Below, one piece after another: positions 9,917 to 19,145 of a DNA stretch of 51,347 nucleotides; position 1 is the first letter of the stretch, and each line of letters begins with the position of its first letter. Position numbers and translations under genes: made by a program. The notes below the pieces were generated by a model, which worked only from the letters and a program-made list of their open reading frames with translations, made no database searches and was not told where the DNA came from. The stretch comes from an uncultured Bacteroidota bacterium. Lineage in GTDB: Bacteria; Bacteroidota; Bacteroidia; Bacteroidales; UBA12077. Where the stretch lies: the NCBI GenBank assembly GCA_913055895.1, contig CAJXLE010000003.1, positions 1-51,347 of the forward strand, in the 5' to 3' direction.

Positions 9917-10858
9917 TTAATGGTTGGAGTTCCCGAGAATTTTTTTTGCCCGCTCTTTGTCCTTGTGCAGCTGTTCGGTCAGTTCATCGACCCCCGCAAA
10001 CTTTTTCTCATCGCGGATGCGCTCCACGAAATGCACCATGATGTTTTGGTCGTAAATATCATCCTGGAAATTAAAAAGGTGGGCCTCGATTGATTTGTGG
10101 TGCCCGTGGCTGTCGACCGTCGGCCTGTAGCCGATGTTGAGCATGCCGTTGTGCCATTTCCCGTTGACCGTGGCCCTGATGGCATACACCCCGTCGCAGG
10201 GAATCAGTTTATAGGGATCGCTCACTTCGATGTTGGCCGTGGGGAAACCCAGCTTCTTGCCTATGCGCCGTCCGCCGGTCACATGGCCCTTAAGGAAATA
10301 CTGGTATCCCAGGTAGTCGTTGGCTTCCTGCAGCCTTCCCTCCAGCAGGGCATTGCGAATGATGGAGGAACTGATTTTAACAGGGCCTTCCATCTCCGCC
10401 CCGAGCCTTTCCACCTGGAAGTTGTAACGGATGGAGCAGGATTTGAGGTCGTCGAAACCACCTTCCCTTCCCTTGCCAAAGGCATGATCATGGCCTATCA
10501 GCAGGCGGTGGACCCCGATCTTTTCCACCAGGACCGATTCAATGAATTCGCAGGCCGACATGTTGCTGACTTCCCGGTTGAAAGGCAGAACCACCAGGTG
10601 GTCGATGTGCTTTTTCTCCAGCAGGATCTTTTTCTCATCCAGGGTGTTGAGCAAAAGAAGCTTATCGGCGTCTTTGTTCAACACCAGCCGGGGATGGGGC
10701 CATAGTGTCAACACCACCGACTCGCCTCCCACCTCGGCGGCTTTTTCAACCAGCTGCCAGAGGAGGCGGTAATGGCCGCGGTGCACTCCGTCGAACACAC
10801 CTATGGTAACCACCGGCCTGTGGGCACTGAATGTATTTAGATCGTTGTGTACCTGCAC
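9917..10858 (-). CDS. ribF: Bifunctional riboflavin kinase/FAD synthetase
   Basis: TIGVFDGVHRGH, ISSSIIR, GFPTAN, NIGYRPTV, IEAHL. Confidence 0.96.
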   Translation of the reverse strand: MQVHNDLNTFSAHRPVVTIGVFDGVHRGHYRLLWQLVEKAAEVGGESVVLTLWPHPRLVLNKDADKLLLLNTLDEKKILLEKKHIDHLVVLPFNREVSNMSACEFIESVLVEKIGVHRLLIGHDHAFGKGREGGFDDLKSCSIRYNFQVERLGAEMEGPVKISSSIIRNALLEGRLQEANDYLGYQYFLKGHVTGGRRIGKKLGFPTANIEVSDPYKLIPCDGVYAIRATVNGKWHNGMLNIGYRPTVDSHGHHKSIEAHLFNFQDDIYDQNIMVHFVERIRDEKKFAGVDELTEQLHKDKERAKKILGNSNH

Positions 10859-10884
10859 GTGTAAGGTGTTGATGATTATCCGGG

Positions 10885-10892
10885 CAAAGGTA
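10885..10892 (-). promoter_or_regulatory. -7 element (TACCTTTG) for ribF
   Basis: Exact TAnnTTTG match 26 nt upstream of the GTG start. Confidence 0.6.
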
Positions 10893-11146
10893 TAAAATAC
10901 AAACGAAAAGTTTTATCTTCGTCTTTTGAAAGATGGATTGCTGTGACCCGTAGAAAAAAGCTGCGGGTTTGTTTCTCCCAATGGCTTCAGGAAGCCGACC
11001 CGAAAGATAGGTATCATGCGGCCGGGGAAACGGGATCATGTTTCCACAGAAAATTTGTGTTTTTGGTTCATATTGGGCGGATAACAAGAGCAGGCCCTCC
11101 ATCGTTGGTTTAAATAATCCAAATACAATTGTACCATTCGTAAATT

Positions 11147-12319
11147 ATGACAATCATGAGAAATTTATGGCTAACAGCACTCGTGCTGGTGATTCTGCAG
11201 GCATGCGGCGGCAATTCCAATGAGTTTACCATCAACGGTGAAATGTCCAATGCATCGGGGGAAAAGTTTTACCTGGTGGAGCTTACCACCGACGGGACCA
11301 ATAAGGTGGATTCGGTCAGTGTGGGGGAAGACGGCAATTTTACCTTCACCGGTTACACCAACGTCGCCAGGTTCTTCCTGGTTCAGGCCGATCCAAGAAA
11401 TTCCGTCACTCTGATCGTGGAGCCGGGTGATGAGATCAAGCTTTCAGGCGACCTCAACAAACTGGGCGAAAACTACCAGGTGGAAGGTTCCGAAGGATCC
11501 CGGGAAATTATGAACCTTAGAAGACGCCTGGAGCAGACCATTGCCAACCTCGACTCACTGGGCAGGATATACCGGCAAAACCAGGGCAAAGAGAACGCCG
11601 GCGATCTGAGGTCGCGTCTTAACGAACAATCCAGAAAGATCGTGGAGGAACAGAAAGCATACACAAAGGATTTTATAGACCGCAACCTCAACTCCCTCTC
11701 CAGCCTTATGGCCCTTTACCAGCAGATCGGGCCACGCAGCTACGTGTTGAACCCAAAGGATGATTTCAGCTATTATGAAAAGGTTGATTCGGCATTGATG
11801 GCCAAGTATCCCAATGCTGAACCCGTCAAATCCCTCCATTCGCAGGTTCAGGACATGCGCAAAAGGATGGAGTCTGATGCCGCCAGCAAAAAACGTCTGG
11901 CCATAGGCAACGAAGCTCCGGAAATAGCATTGCCCAACCCGCAGGGTGATACGGTGAAGCTCTCCAGCTTGCGGGGCAACTATGTGCTTCTTGATTTCTG
12001 GGCTTCCTGGTGTAAGCCCTGCCGCGTGGAGAATCCCAACCTGGTGAAGGCCTATAAGCATCACAGCGACGAAAAATTCGAGATATACCAGGTGTCGCTT
12101 GACAAGAAGCGACAGGCCTGGGTGGATGCCATCGAAAAGGACAACCTCGACTGGTATCACGTGAGCGACCTGGAATTCTGGAATTCTTCAGCCGCGCAGA
12201 CATACAACATACGGAGCATACCTGCCAATTACCTTCTCAACAAGAAAGGGGAAATCATCGATAAGAACCTGCGGGGCGATGACTTGCAGGCCAGGCTGAA
12301 TGAATTGTTCTCAAAATGA
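11147..12319 (+). CDS. TlpA/ResA-like thiol-disulfide oxidoreductase lipoprotein (DUF4369 + thioredoxin)
   Basis: LQAC lipobox; LLDFWASWCKPCRVENP. Confidence 0.9.
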   Translation: MTIMRNLWLTALVLVILQACGGNSNEFTINGEMSNASGEKFYLVELTTDGTNKVDSVSVGEDGNFTFTGYTNVARFFLVQADPRNSVTLIVEPGDEIKLSGDLNKLGENYQVEGSEGSREIMNLRRRLEQTIANLDSLGRIYRQNQGKENAGDLRSRLNEQSRKIVEEQKAYTKDFIDRNLNSLSSLMALYQQIGPRSYVLNPKDDFSYYEKVDSALMAKYPNAEPVKSLHSQVQDMRKRMESDAASKKRLAIGNEAPEIALPNPQGDTVKLSSLRGNYVLLDFWASWCKPCRVENPNLVKAYKHHSDEKFEIYQVSLDKKRQAWVDAIEKDNLDWYHVSDLEFWNSSAAQTYNIRSIPANYLLNKKGEIIDKNLRGDDLQARLNELFSK

Positions 12320-12360
12320 TCATTTTCTGTTCACAAAAGCCACCGAGGCATCTCTTTTAT

Positions 12361-12368
12361 TATCTTTG
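12361..12368 (+). promoter_or_regulatory. -7 element (TATCTTTG) for the second TlpA-like gene / lpxH unit
   Basis: Exact TAnnTTTG match in the intergenic gap. Confidence 0.55.
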
Positions 12369-12470
12369 ACCGCCAGTACCTGTAAGGCAAAAAGAAGAAA
12401 CGTCCCCCGCCCATCGCGGGGTACGTTTCATGTTTCATCTGAGCAATGAATTGAAAAAAAAGACCATCGC

Positions 12471-13625
12471 ATGAAAAAGCTAGTCACCGCCATTTTTGCT
12501 GTTTTGCTTTTTGGTTGCGCCCCCGACAACCAATACACTGTTGAAGGCACCATCGAGGGAGCGGATGAAGATCAGCTGGTTTACTGGAAGAAAAAAGGAG
12601 TTGAAGGCAACACCCTGCTGGATTCGGCCAGTGCAGATGAAAACGGGCACTTTGAGTTTAAGGGCCGCATCGATTATCCGCAGTTTTTCAATTTAACCTA
12701 CCAGGATCGTTTTGCCACCCTGCTCATCAAGCCCGGGGAAGATGTTCGCTTGGAGACCCGCGCCGGGGATTTTCACGATTACACCGTGAAGGGTTCACCT
12801 GGCTCACAGGATGTCAGGAGGCTGCAGCAAAGGCTTCGCAGGACGAAGAGTAAGATGGATTCTCTCACCAGCAGGTATGAGCAGAAGGGTGAGCAGCTTA
12901 GCAACGAAGAGCGGGAACGGCTCAACGAGCAATACCGCCAAATACTGAACCGGCAGCGTGATTCATCGGTGGCTTTCATCATCAACAACTTGAGATCACT
13001 GGCCTCCATCATGGCATTGTACCAAAAGGTGAACGACGACCTTTTTGTGCTCTATAAAAACAGCGACCTGCAATACATCAAGCTGGTAGCCGATTCACTG
13101 CAGGAAAAATACCCGCAGTCGCAGCATGTTAAAGCGTTGGTGGCCAACAAGGAAGATCTGATGAAGAAATACAAAAACCTGGAGCTGCAGAATACACTCA
13201 GCAGTGTGGGAAAGGTGAGCAACTATCCCAACATTGAGCTTCCCAACCTACAGGGCGACACCGTCACCCTGCAAGAGCAGGACGAAAAGATGATCCTGCT
13301 GAGCTTTTGGGCCTCCTGGAGCAAACCCAGCATACAGCGTAGCCTGGAGCTCAAGAGCCTTTACCGGCGTTACCACCGCAAAGGCTTTGAGATTTACCAG
13401 GTCTCTCTCGACCAGTCGGCTGAGGAATGGCGCAAAGCGGTTCGTTTCGATCAACTGCCATGGATCAACGTAAGCAGTTTGAATGGTCTTGAATCCTATG
13501 CCGCCAGGGTATACAATGTCCAGGATGTACCTACCGATTTCCTGATCCACCAGCAGCGCGGCATCATTGAGAAAAATCCCGACAAACAGGAGCTCAGGCG
13601 CCAACTATCCATCGCCCTCGACTAA
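12471..13625 (+). CDS. TlpA-like lipoprotein paralogue lacking CxxC (WSKPS)
   Basis: LFGC lipobox; same architecture as the upstream gene; LLSFWASWSKPS. Confidence 0.85.
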   Translation: MKKLVTAIFAVLLFGCAPDNQYTVEGTIEGADEDQLVYWKKKGVEGNTLLDSASADENGHFEFKGRIDYPQFFNLTYQDRFATLLIKPGEDVRLETRAGDFHDYTVKGSPGSQDVRRLQQRLRRTKSKMDSLTSRYEQKGEQLSNEERERLNEQYRQILNRQRDSSVAFIINNLRSLASIMALYQKVNDDLFVLYKNSDLQYIKLVADSLQEKYPQSQHVKALVANKEDLMKKYKNLELQNTLSSVGKVSNYPNIELPNLQGDTVTLQEQDEKMILLSFWASWSKPSIQRSLELKSLYRRYHRKGFEIYQVSLDQSAEEWRKAVRFDQLPWINVSSLNGLESYAARVYNVQDVPTDFLIHQQRGIIEKNPDKQELRRQLSIALD

Positions 13626-13643
13626 CCATCAACATGACCTACA

Positions 13644-14393
13644 TTGGAAGAGGATAAGAAAATATACTTTGCTTCCGATTTTCACCTGGGAGCTCCCAAC
13701 CACGATAAAAGCCTGGAAAGGGAGCGCCTGCTCGTACGATGGCTCGATGATATCATGCCCCATGCAGAGGCCCTTTACCTGCTGGGGGATGTTTTTGATT
13801 TCTGGTTTGAGTACAGGAAGGCGGTGCCCAAAGGTTTTGTCCGCTTTTTGGGCAAGATGGCGGAGTTTTACGACCGGGGCATACCGGTGCATTTTTTTAC
13901 CGGCAACCACGATCTGTGGATTTTTGATTACCTGCCCCGGGAGGTGGGCTTCATCATTCACCGCGAGCCCTATGACGTGAACCTGAAGGGAAGACGTTTC
14001 TACCTGGCTCATGGCGACGGTCTTGGTCCGGGTGACGGCCATTTTAAGCTATTGAAAGGCGTCTTCACCAACCCGGTGGCTCAGTGGCTCTTTGGCAGGC
14101 TCCATCCCAACCTGGGTATCTCACTGGCTCATAAATGGTCGCTTAGCAGCCGCAACGTGCATGAAACACCCGACGATTTCCGGGGCGAAGAAAAGGAGAT
14201 GCTGGTGCAGCATGCCCGCAACATGCTAGAAGAAGAGCATTACGATTTTTTCATCTTTGGCCACCGCCACGTGGCCGTCGATTATCCGCTGGATGAAAAA
14301 TCGCGCTACATCAACCTGGGCGACTGGATGCACCATTATACTTACGGGGTTTTTGACGGCAACGATTTTCAGCTGAAAAAATATTCAGGATGA
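13644..14393 (+). CDS. lpxH: UDP-2,3-diacylglucosamine diphosphatase
   Basis: FASDFHLG, LLGDVFDFW, GNHD, HGD, FGHRH, NLGDW; TTG start. Confidence 0.88.
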   Translation: MEEDKKIYFASDFHLGAPNHDKSLERERLLVRWLDDIMPHAEALYLLGDVFDFWFEYRKAVPKGFVRFLGKMAEFYDRGIPVHFFTGNHDLWIFDYLPREVGFIIHREPYDVNLKGRRFYLAHGDGLGPGDGHFKLLKGVFTNPVAQWLFGRLHPNLGISLAHKWSLSSRNVHETPDDFRGEEKEMLVQHARNMLEEEHYDFFIFGHRHVAVDYPLDEKSRYINLGDWMHHYTYGVFDGNDFQLKKYSG

Positions 14394-14457
14394 AAAGCAT
14401 GCCGCAACACACCCCGGTCAGCTGGTCACCGTGTTGACCCTTTAAAAATTCTCGCTC

Positions 14458-14811
14458 ATGTCCTTGAAAAACACATTTGCCAATGCTTTTCGCGGTTTGT
14501 GGCTTTTTCTGAGAACCGAGTCCAACAGCCGGGTGCACCTGGCACTGGCCCTGCTGGCCATAGCCGCCGGATGCTTTTTTGGCATTACCCGCGGTGAGTG
14601 GCTGGCCATCATTCTGTCGATCGCCCTGGTATTTTCCGCCGAAGCCTTTAATGCCAGTGCGGAAAGGCTGTGCAACAAGCTGCATCCTCAAAAAGATCCC
14701 CAGATGCGCAACATCAAGGATGTCTCAGCCGCCGCCGTGCTGATCGCCGCCCTGGGAGCCCTGGCAGTGGCTGCCGTGGTCTTCCTGCCCCGCATCATCG
14801 GGTTGTTTTAA
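14458..14811 (+). CDS. Diacylglycerol/undecaprenol kinase (DgkA family)
   Basis: Three TM helices; EAFNASAERLC, KDVSAAAVL. Confidence 0.85.
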   Translation: MSLKNTFANAFRGLWLFLRTESNSRVHLALALLAIAAGCFFGITRGEWLAIILSIALVFSAEAFNASAERLCNKLHPQKDPQMRNIKDVSAAAVLIAALGALAVAAVVFLPRIIGLF

Positions 14812-14907
14812 TGCTTGGGAATGGTTTGATGGATAGGATTTTTGGGTGCCTCACGATTCATTTCATCTGAATGGTTCCGGCTTTTTCTCTGGACCGGGAA
14901 AATTCCC

Positions 14908-14915
14908 TAACTTTG
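14908..14915 (+). promoter_or_regulatory. -7 element (TAACTTTG) for the glycosyltransferase
   Basis: Exact TAnnTTTG match 27 nt before ATG 14943. Confidence 0.55.
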
Positions 14916-14942
14916 TGGTCCTTTAAAGTTTCACCAAGCCGC

Positions 14943-16130
14943 ATGAAAATCATTTACATCGCCAACAACTGGATTGAGGACGGTTCCTCGGCAGTATACG
15001 CCACTTACAATGTGTGGGGCATGGCCGCCGCCGGCATCGAAACCCACCTGGTGGTGCGCAACGTCTCGGATGGTCCAACCGATAAGCTGCTTCGTTCATA
15101 TTTTGATCTTGAACGCCCGAAACACCTTCATATACACCGTATAGACAAAAAACTGGGAAAGGCCAACCTGGAGTTCTACTGGAAAGCCGCCCGACTGGTC
15201 AACCGCCTTGCCGACGAGGCTACAGCCGTGATATCACGAACACCCAAAATCCTGCCCCATCTGCTCTGGAGAAAAAACCGGAAATACAGGATATACTACG
15301 AAACCCATAATTTCTTCCAGGACCTGGACCGGCGCGACGACCTGCCACGTAAGAACTTTTCGTTGCGAAAGACGGCAATGCAGGAGAGGTTTGCAGTGGG
15401 ACGCCTCGACGGGCTGATATGCCTGACCCATACCCTGGAGAAACTGTGGAGGGAATATGTGGATGTGCCCATCCATGTGATCTATCCCGGGGTGAGGGGA
15501 CCCCATGCCGATTTCCCTTCATCGGCAGATCATGCCATCTCCGGCGAAACAGCCGATTCCTTGTTTACGGGCCCGGCAGCCGACAAGGTCAACCTGGCTT
15601 ACACGGGCACCCTGAACAGCGTGCGCGGCATCCGGCAAATGCTGGAGATGGCCGGTTGCCTTCCCGGCAATTACAAAGTCTACCTGTTTGGTGGTAAAAA
15701 GCCTTCTGAGATGGAACACATGCGCTCGGACATAAGGGAGATGGGAGTGGAAGGCAGGGTGGAGGTAACCGGGTGGCTGCCCCAGTCGCAGCTGCAGGAA
15801 AGGCTTGGACAAATGCATGCCGGCTTGCTGCCGCTGAAGGACAATTTTTTTAACCGTTACCTGACCGCTCCCTCCAAATTTTTCGATTACCTGTCGAACG
15901 CATTGCCCACCATTGCAAGTTCGCTGCCTGCCCTGGATGAGCTGGTGGTGGAAAACGGGGTGGGTATATCGGTCAACTGGAACGATCCACAGCAGGCGGC
16001 AAAAAAGATTGCCGCCCTTATTGAAGATGCCGGCCGTTATAAGCAGCTGCGCAACAATGCCTTCCGGTTTGCCCTGGAGCATACCTGGAAAAAACGCGGA
16101 CAAAGAATAGCCGCGGCGCTGTTCGAATAG
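14943..16130 (+). CDS. Glycosyltransferase family 4
   Basis: YTGTLNSVRG, APSKFFDYLSNALPTIAS (GT-B C-terminal motif), HTWKKR; start at MKIIYIA. Confidence 0.85.
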   Translation: MKIIYIANNWIEDGSSAVYATYNVWGMAAAGIETHLVVRNVSDGPTDKLLRSYFDLERPKHLHIHRIDKKLGKANLEFYWKAARLVNRLADEATAVISRTPKILPHLLWRKNRKYRIYYETHNFFQDLDRRDDLPRKNFSLRKTAMQERFAVGRLDGLICLTHTLEKLWREYVDVPIHVIYPGVRGPHADFPSSADHAISGETADSLFTGPAADKVNLAYTGTLNSVRGIRQMLEMAGCLPGNYKVYLFGGKKPSEMEHMRSDIREMGVEGRVEVTGWLPQSQLQERLGQMHAGLLPLKDNFFNRYLTAPSKFFDYLSNALPTIASSLPALDELVVENGVGISVNWNDPQQAAKKIAALIEDAGRYKQLRNNAFRFALEHTWKKRGQRIAAALFE

Positions 16131-16157
16131 GTTTTGTTTGCTTATCTGCTTATCCGT

Positions 16158-16448
16158 TTATCCGCCCTGTTTCTGGTTGCCCTCAACGATGTCCAGGTCT
16201 TTGTAGACGAAAACCGTTCCGAAAGCACCAAAAGAGACCGTCTCCTCTCGGAAGGTGGTGTAGGAGAAAAGATAGCCTTCGTGATATTCCACCATGCCTG
16301 AAAAAAGCTTGCCCCCGCCCAGGGCCCCTGCAAGAGGGTTTTCTCCCTTGAATTCGCGGTTGATGGTTCTTTTGTGTTTTTCAGCATTGGGGCTGGTGAT
16401 CAACGCTGCCAGCAAAATCAGCAGCACAATCCACAGGGATCTTTTCAT
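16158..16448 (-). CDS. Small membrane-anchored protein (DUF4359-like)
   Basis: Signal/TM then TSP..EKH, YLFS...SFGAFGTVF. Confidence 0.6.
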   Translation of the reverse strand: MKRSLWIVLLILLAALITSPNAEKHKRTINREFKGENPLAGALGGGKLFSGMVEYHEGYLFSYTTFREETVSFGAFGTVFVYKDLDIVEGNQKQGG

Positions 16449-16728
16449 ATGACAGGATTTTTAGTTTATGGATCATCAAATACTTTTCATTGCCAAACCC
16501 ATCATTTGCTCTTTTCGAAATGTAGATGGTTTTGACAGCCATGCTCCAAAAATGGGAAAATTTATTTGCTTACGGTATACGTGAACCCGATTTGTTACTT
16601 AATCCCTTTCAGGTAGGGATTTTGCAAAAAAATGCTTAGCTTTAATCTGGTGAAGCAGCCATCACAATTGAACAGCTTTTCATTCAAAGATGTTGTGATG
16701 GGTAAACACCATTAAAGAACCCTGGTTT

Positions 16729-17070
16729 ATGAGAAACATTTTTTTTTCGATCCTGGCTTTTGTGTTAGTGGCCGGCTGCCAAAGCAATACATCCTCCGGC
16801 CGCAACATGGCCCGGCCCTCCCGCATCTCGATACACTCCCTCGATGCCGAATTTCCTGTCAAACGCGATCTGGATAGTTTGTACGCCCCGTCGGTGAAGG
16901 TTTCTCACCACGGCGACTCCGTCACCACCCTGTGCGAACCTGGTGGAGATCATGCCCTGTACAGCTATCCCAACACTTTTTATGGCGGCCGACTTTTTCT
17001 ACGACCGGGCCATCAAAGCGGTGTCGCAGATCCACCTGGACAAAAGATGAATCAGAATATAGACACATGA
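16729..17070 (+). CDS. Short lipoprotein in the position of the missing WtpA/ModA binding protein (possible remnant)
   Basis: VAGC lipobox; 113 aa; directly upstream of the permease. Confidence 0.5.
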   Translation: MRNIFFSILAFVLVAGCQSNTSSGRNMARPSRISIHSLDAEFPVKRDLDSLYAPSVKVSHHGDSVTTLCEPGGDHALYSYPNTFYGGRLFLRPGHQSGVADPPGQKMNQNIDT

Positions 17071-17075
17071 AACGT

Positions 17076-17128
17076 CCATGACAAAATCATCATTAATATC
17101 ACAAAAGGAAATGATTATTTTGTCATGG
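17076..17128. repeat. 19-bp inverted repeat (1 mismatch, 15-nt spacer)
   Basis: CCATGACAAAATCATCATT (17076-17094) / AATGATTATTTTGTCATGG (17110-17128). Confidence 0.85.
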
Positions 17129-17167
17129 TAAGTTGCATAAGGCCAAAATGTTAAATGAAATAATCCT

Positions 17168-17965
17168 ATGAATCCTTATAGTACATTGCGGCTGATGTTT
17201 GCTTTTTTGGGCGGTGTGGTGCTGCTTTTCATCGTGGCGCCCCTGGCCGGCATGTTTCTTGAAACTGAGATGCCTGAACTGGTGGAAGCTACCGGCGACA
17301 GGCAGGTCACCGGCAGCATCCAGCTTACCCTGTGGGTCTCCGCCCTGGCTACCCTTTTCTTTGCCATCCTGGCTGTGCCTTTTGCCTACCTGCTGGCCCG
17401 CAGGGATTTTCCACTCAAGAAACTGGTGCTGGGCATTGTGGATCTGCCGGTGGTGATACCCCATACGGCTGCGGGCATAGCCGTTCTGGGGGTGATATCC
17501 CGCGACACCCTTGTCGGCCGGGCTGCTGAATCGGCCGGGCTGAACCTGGTGGGCCATCCCATTGGCATTGGACTGGCCATGGCCTTTGTGAGCATACCTT
17601 TCCTGATCAATGCAGCCCGCGATGGGTTTGAGCATGTACCGGTGCGCCTGGAGCAGGCTGCCATGAACCTGGGGGCATCGCCCCTCAGGGTGTTTTTTTC
17701 GGTGTCGTTGCCCCTGGCCTGGCGCAGCATAGTGGGAGGCATGATCATGATGTTTGCCCGGGGGATGAGTGAGTTTGGGGCCGTGGTGATCGTGGCTTAC
17801 CATCCCATGGTGGCTCCTGTGCTCATTTATGAACGTTTTGGATCCTACGGCCTTCAGTACGCCCGGCCGGTGGCCGTGCTGTTTATCCTGGTGAGCCTGG
17901 CCACCTTTATCCTATTGCGAACCCTCTCAAGAGCACCCTATGTTAAAGCTTCAGGGAATAAGTAA
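17168..17965 (+). CDS. Tungstate/molybdate ABC transporter permease (WtpB/ModB-like)
   Basis: VDLPVVIPHTAAGIA, LEQAAMNLGA (EAA loop), FARGMSEFGAV; Moco context. Confidence 0.88.
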   Translation: MNPYSTLRLMFAFLGGVVLLFIVAPLAGMFLETEMPELVEATGDRQVTGSIQLTLWVSALATLFFAILAVPFAYLLARRDFPLKKLVLGIVDLPVVIPHTAAGIAVLGVISRDTLVGRAAESAGLNLVGHPIGIGLAMAFVSIPFLINAARDGFEHVPVRLEQAAMNLGASPLRVFFSVSLPLAWRSIVGGMIMMFARGMSEFGAVVIVAYHPMVAPVLIYERFGSYGLQYARPVAVLFILVSLATFILLRTLSRAPYVKASGNK

Positions 17966-19001
17966 ATCGTACAGCGACTTCCGGATACACGGCATACACA
18001 TGGAGGTGCAGGCCGGCGACTATTTTGTGGTCCTGGGTCGCTCGGGGGCGGGAAAAACCCTCCTGCTGGAGACACTGGCTGGTATACGCAGCCCCGATGA
18101 GGGCAGGGTTGTTCTGGACGGACACGACATCACCCGCCAGCGCATACAGCAACGCCAGGTGGGACTGGTCTTCCAGGATCATGCCATCTTTCCCCACCTC
18201 ACGGTGGCCGCCAACATAGCCTATCCACTGAAAAGGAAGGGATACAGCAGGAGTGAAATACGCCGGCAGGTCCAGGAGCTGGCCACGACAACCGGTCTCA
18301 GCCACCTGCTGGAGAGGTATCCCCGCACCCTGTCGGGCGGCGAGATACAACGAACGGTACTGGCCAGGACCCTGGCCCGCAAGCCCCGGCTCCTGCTGCT
18401 GGATGAGCCCCTGGCATCGCTCGATGTACAATATAAACGGGAACTCCAGTCCCTGTTGCGCCGCCTCAACCAGCAGGGACAAACCATCATGCACGTCACC
18501 CACGATTATGAAGAGGCCATCGCACTGGCCAGCAAGGTGGCCGTGATGGACCGGGGACAAATACAGCAGCAGGGAACCGTGGAGGAGGTCCTTCGAAATC
18601 CCTCCAGCTCCTTCACAGCCCAGTTTGTTGGTATCCGCAACTTCTTCCGGGGAAGGGTGGGATCGCTGCCGGGGAAAGAACACAAGAAGGTGGTGCTGGA
18701 CGGATCCCCGTTGGCCCTCCTTGCTCCGCCCGATACTCCCGAAGGTGATGCCATCGTCACCCTGGAAGCCCGCAACATCATCCTGTCCAGGAGCGAACCC
18801 GACTCATCCGCACTCAACAAATTTGCCGGAACGGTCCAAGATGTCATTCCCACGCCAAAGGGACTGGAAGTGATCGTGGATGTGGGCGAGGAAGTGGCCG
18901 TGATGATCACCCGCGAAAGCCTGGAGCGACTGCATGTTGAACCCTCCGCCAGGGTCTGGATAAGTTTTAAGGCCAGCTCCCTGGACATCAAAAAAAGGTA
19001 A
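17940..19001 (+). CDS. Tungstate/molybdate ABC ATPase with C-terminal TOBE (WtpC/ModC-like)
   Basis: GRSGAGKT, LSGGE, LLLDEP; SSALNKF...ITRESLERL...FKAS TOBE/Mop motif. Confidence 0.88.
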   Translation: MLKLQGISKSYSDFRIHGIHMEVQAGDYFVVLGRSGAGKTLLLETLAGIRSPDEGRVVLDGHDITRQRIQQRQVGLVFQDHAIFPHLTVAANIAYPLKRKGYSRSEIRRQVQELATTTGLSHLLERYPRTLSGGEIQRTVLARTLARKPRLLLLDEPLASLDVQYKRELQSLLRRLNQQGQTIMHVTHDYEEAIALASKVAVMDRGQIQQQGTVEEVLRNPSSSFTAQFVGIRNFFRGRVGSLPGKEHKKVVLDGSPLALLAPPDTPEGDAIVTLEARNIILSRSEPDSSALNKFAGTVQDVIPTPKGLEVIVDVGEEVAVMITRESLERLHVEPSARVWISFKASSLDIKKR

Positions 19002-19145
19002 ACAGAACCCGCCTATCATCACAAACCATGAACAACTATTGCCCGTGGCGCTTTCAACAAAGACTTGCTGATGGGGGATGGGTTCTTTCTTTTCAATTTC
19101 GGGAATAATTTTATACTTTTAGAAGATGATAGATATGTCAATACA

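Noticed and set aside
16560-16600. Possible ModE box (CGGTATACG...CCGAT)
   Set aside because: Lacks the TATATA-Nx-TATATA arms
17068-17128. TGA followed by a hairpin (SECIS-like readthrough)
   Set aside because: The hairpin is AT-rich with a 15-nt loop, the context is not Cys-like, and the frame closes about 27 codons later
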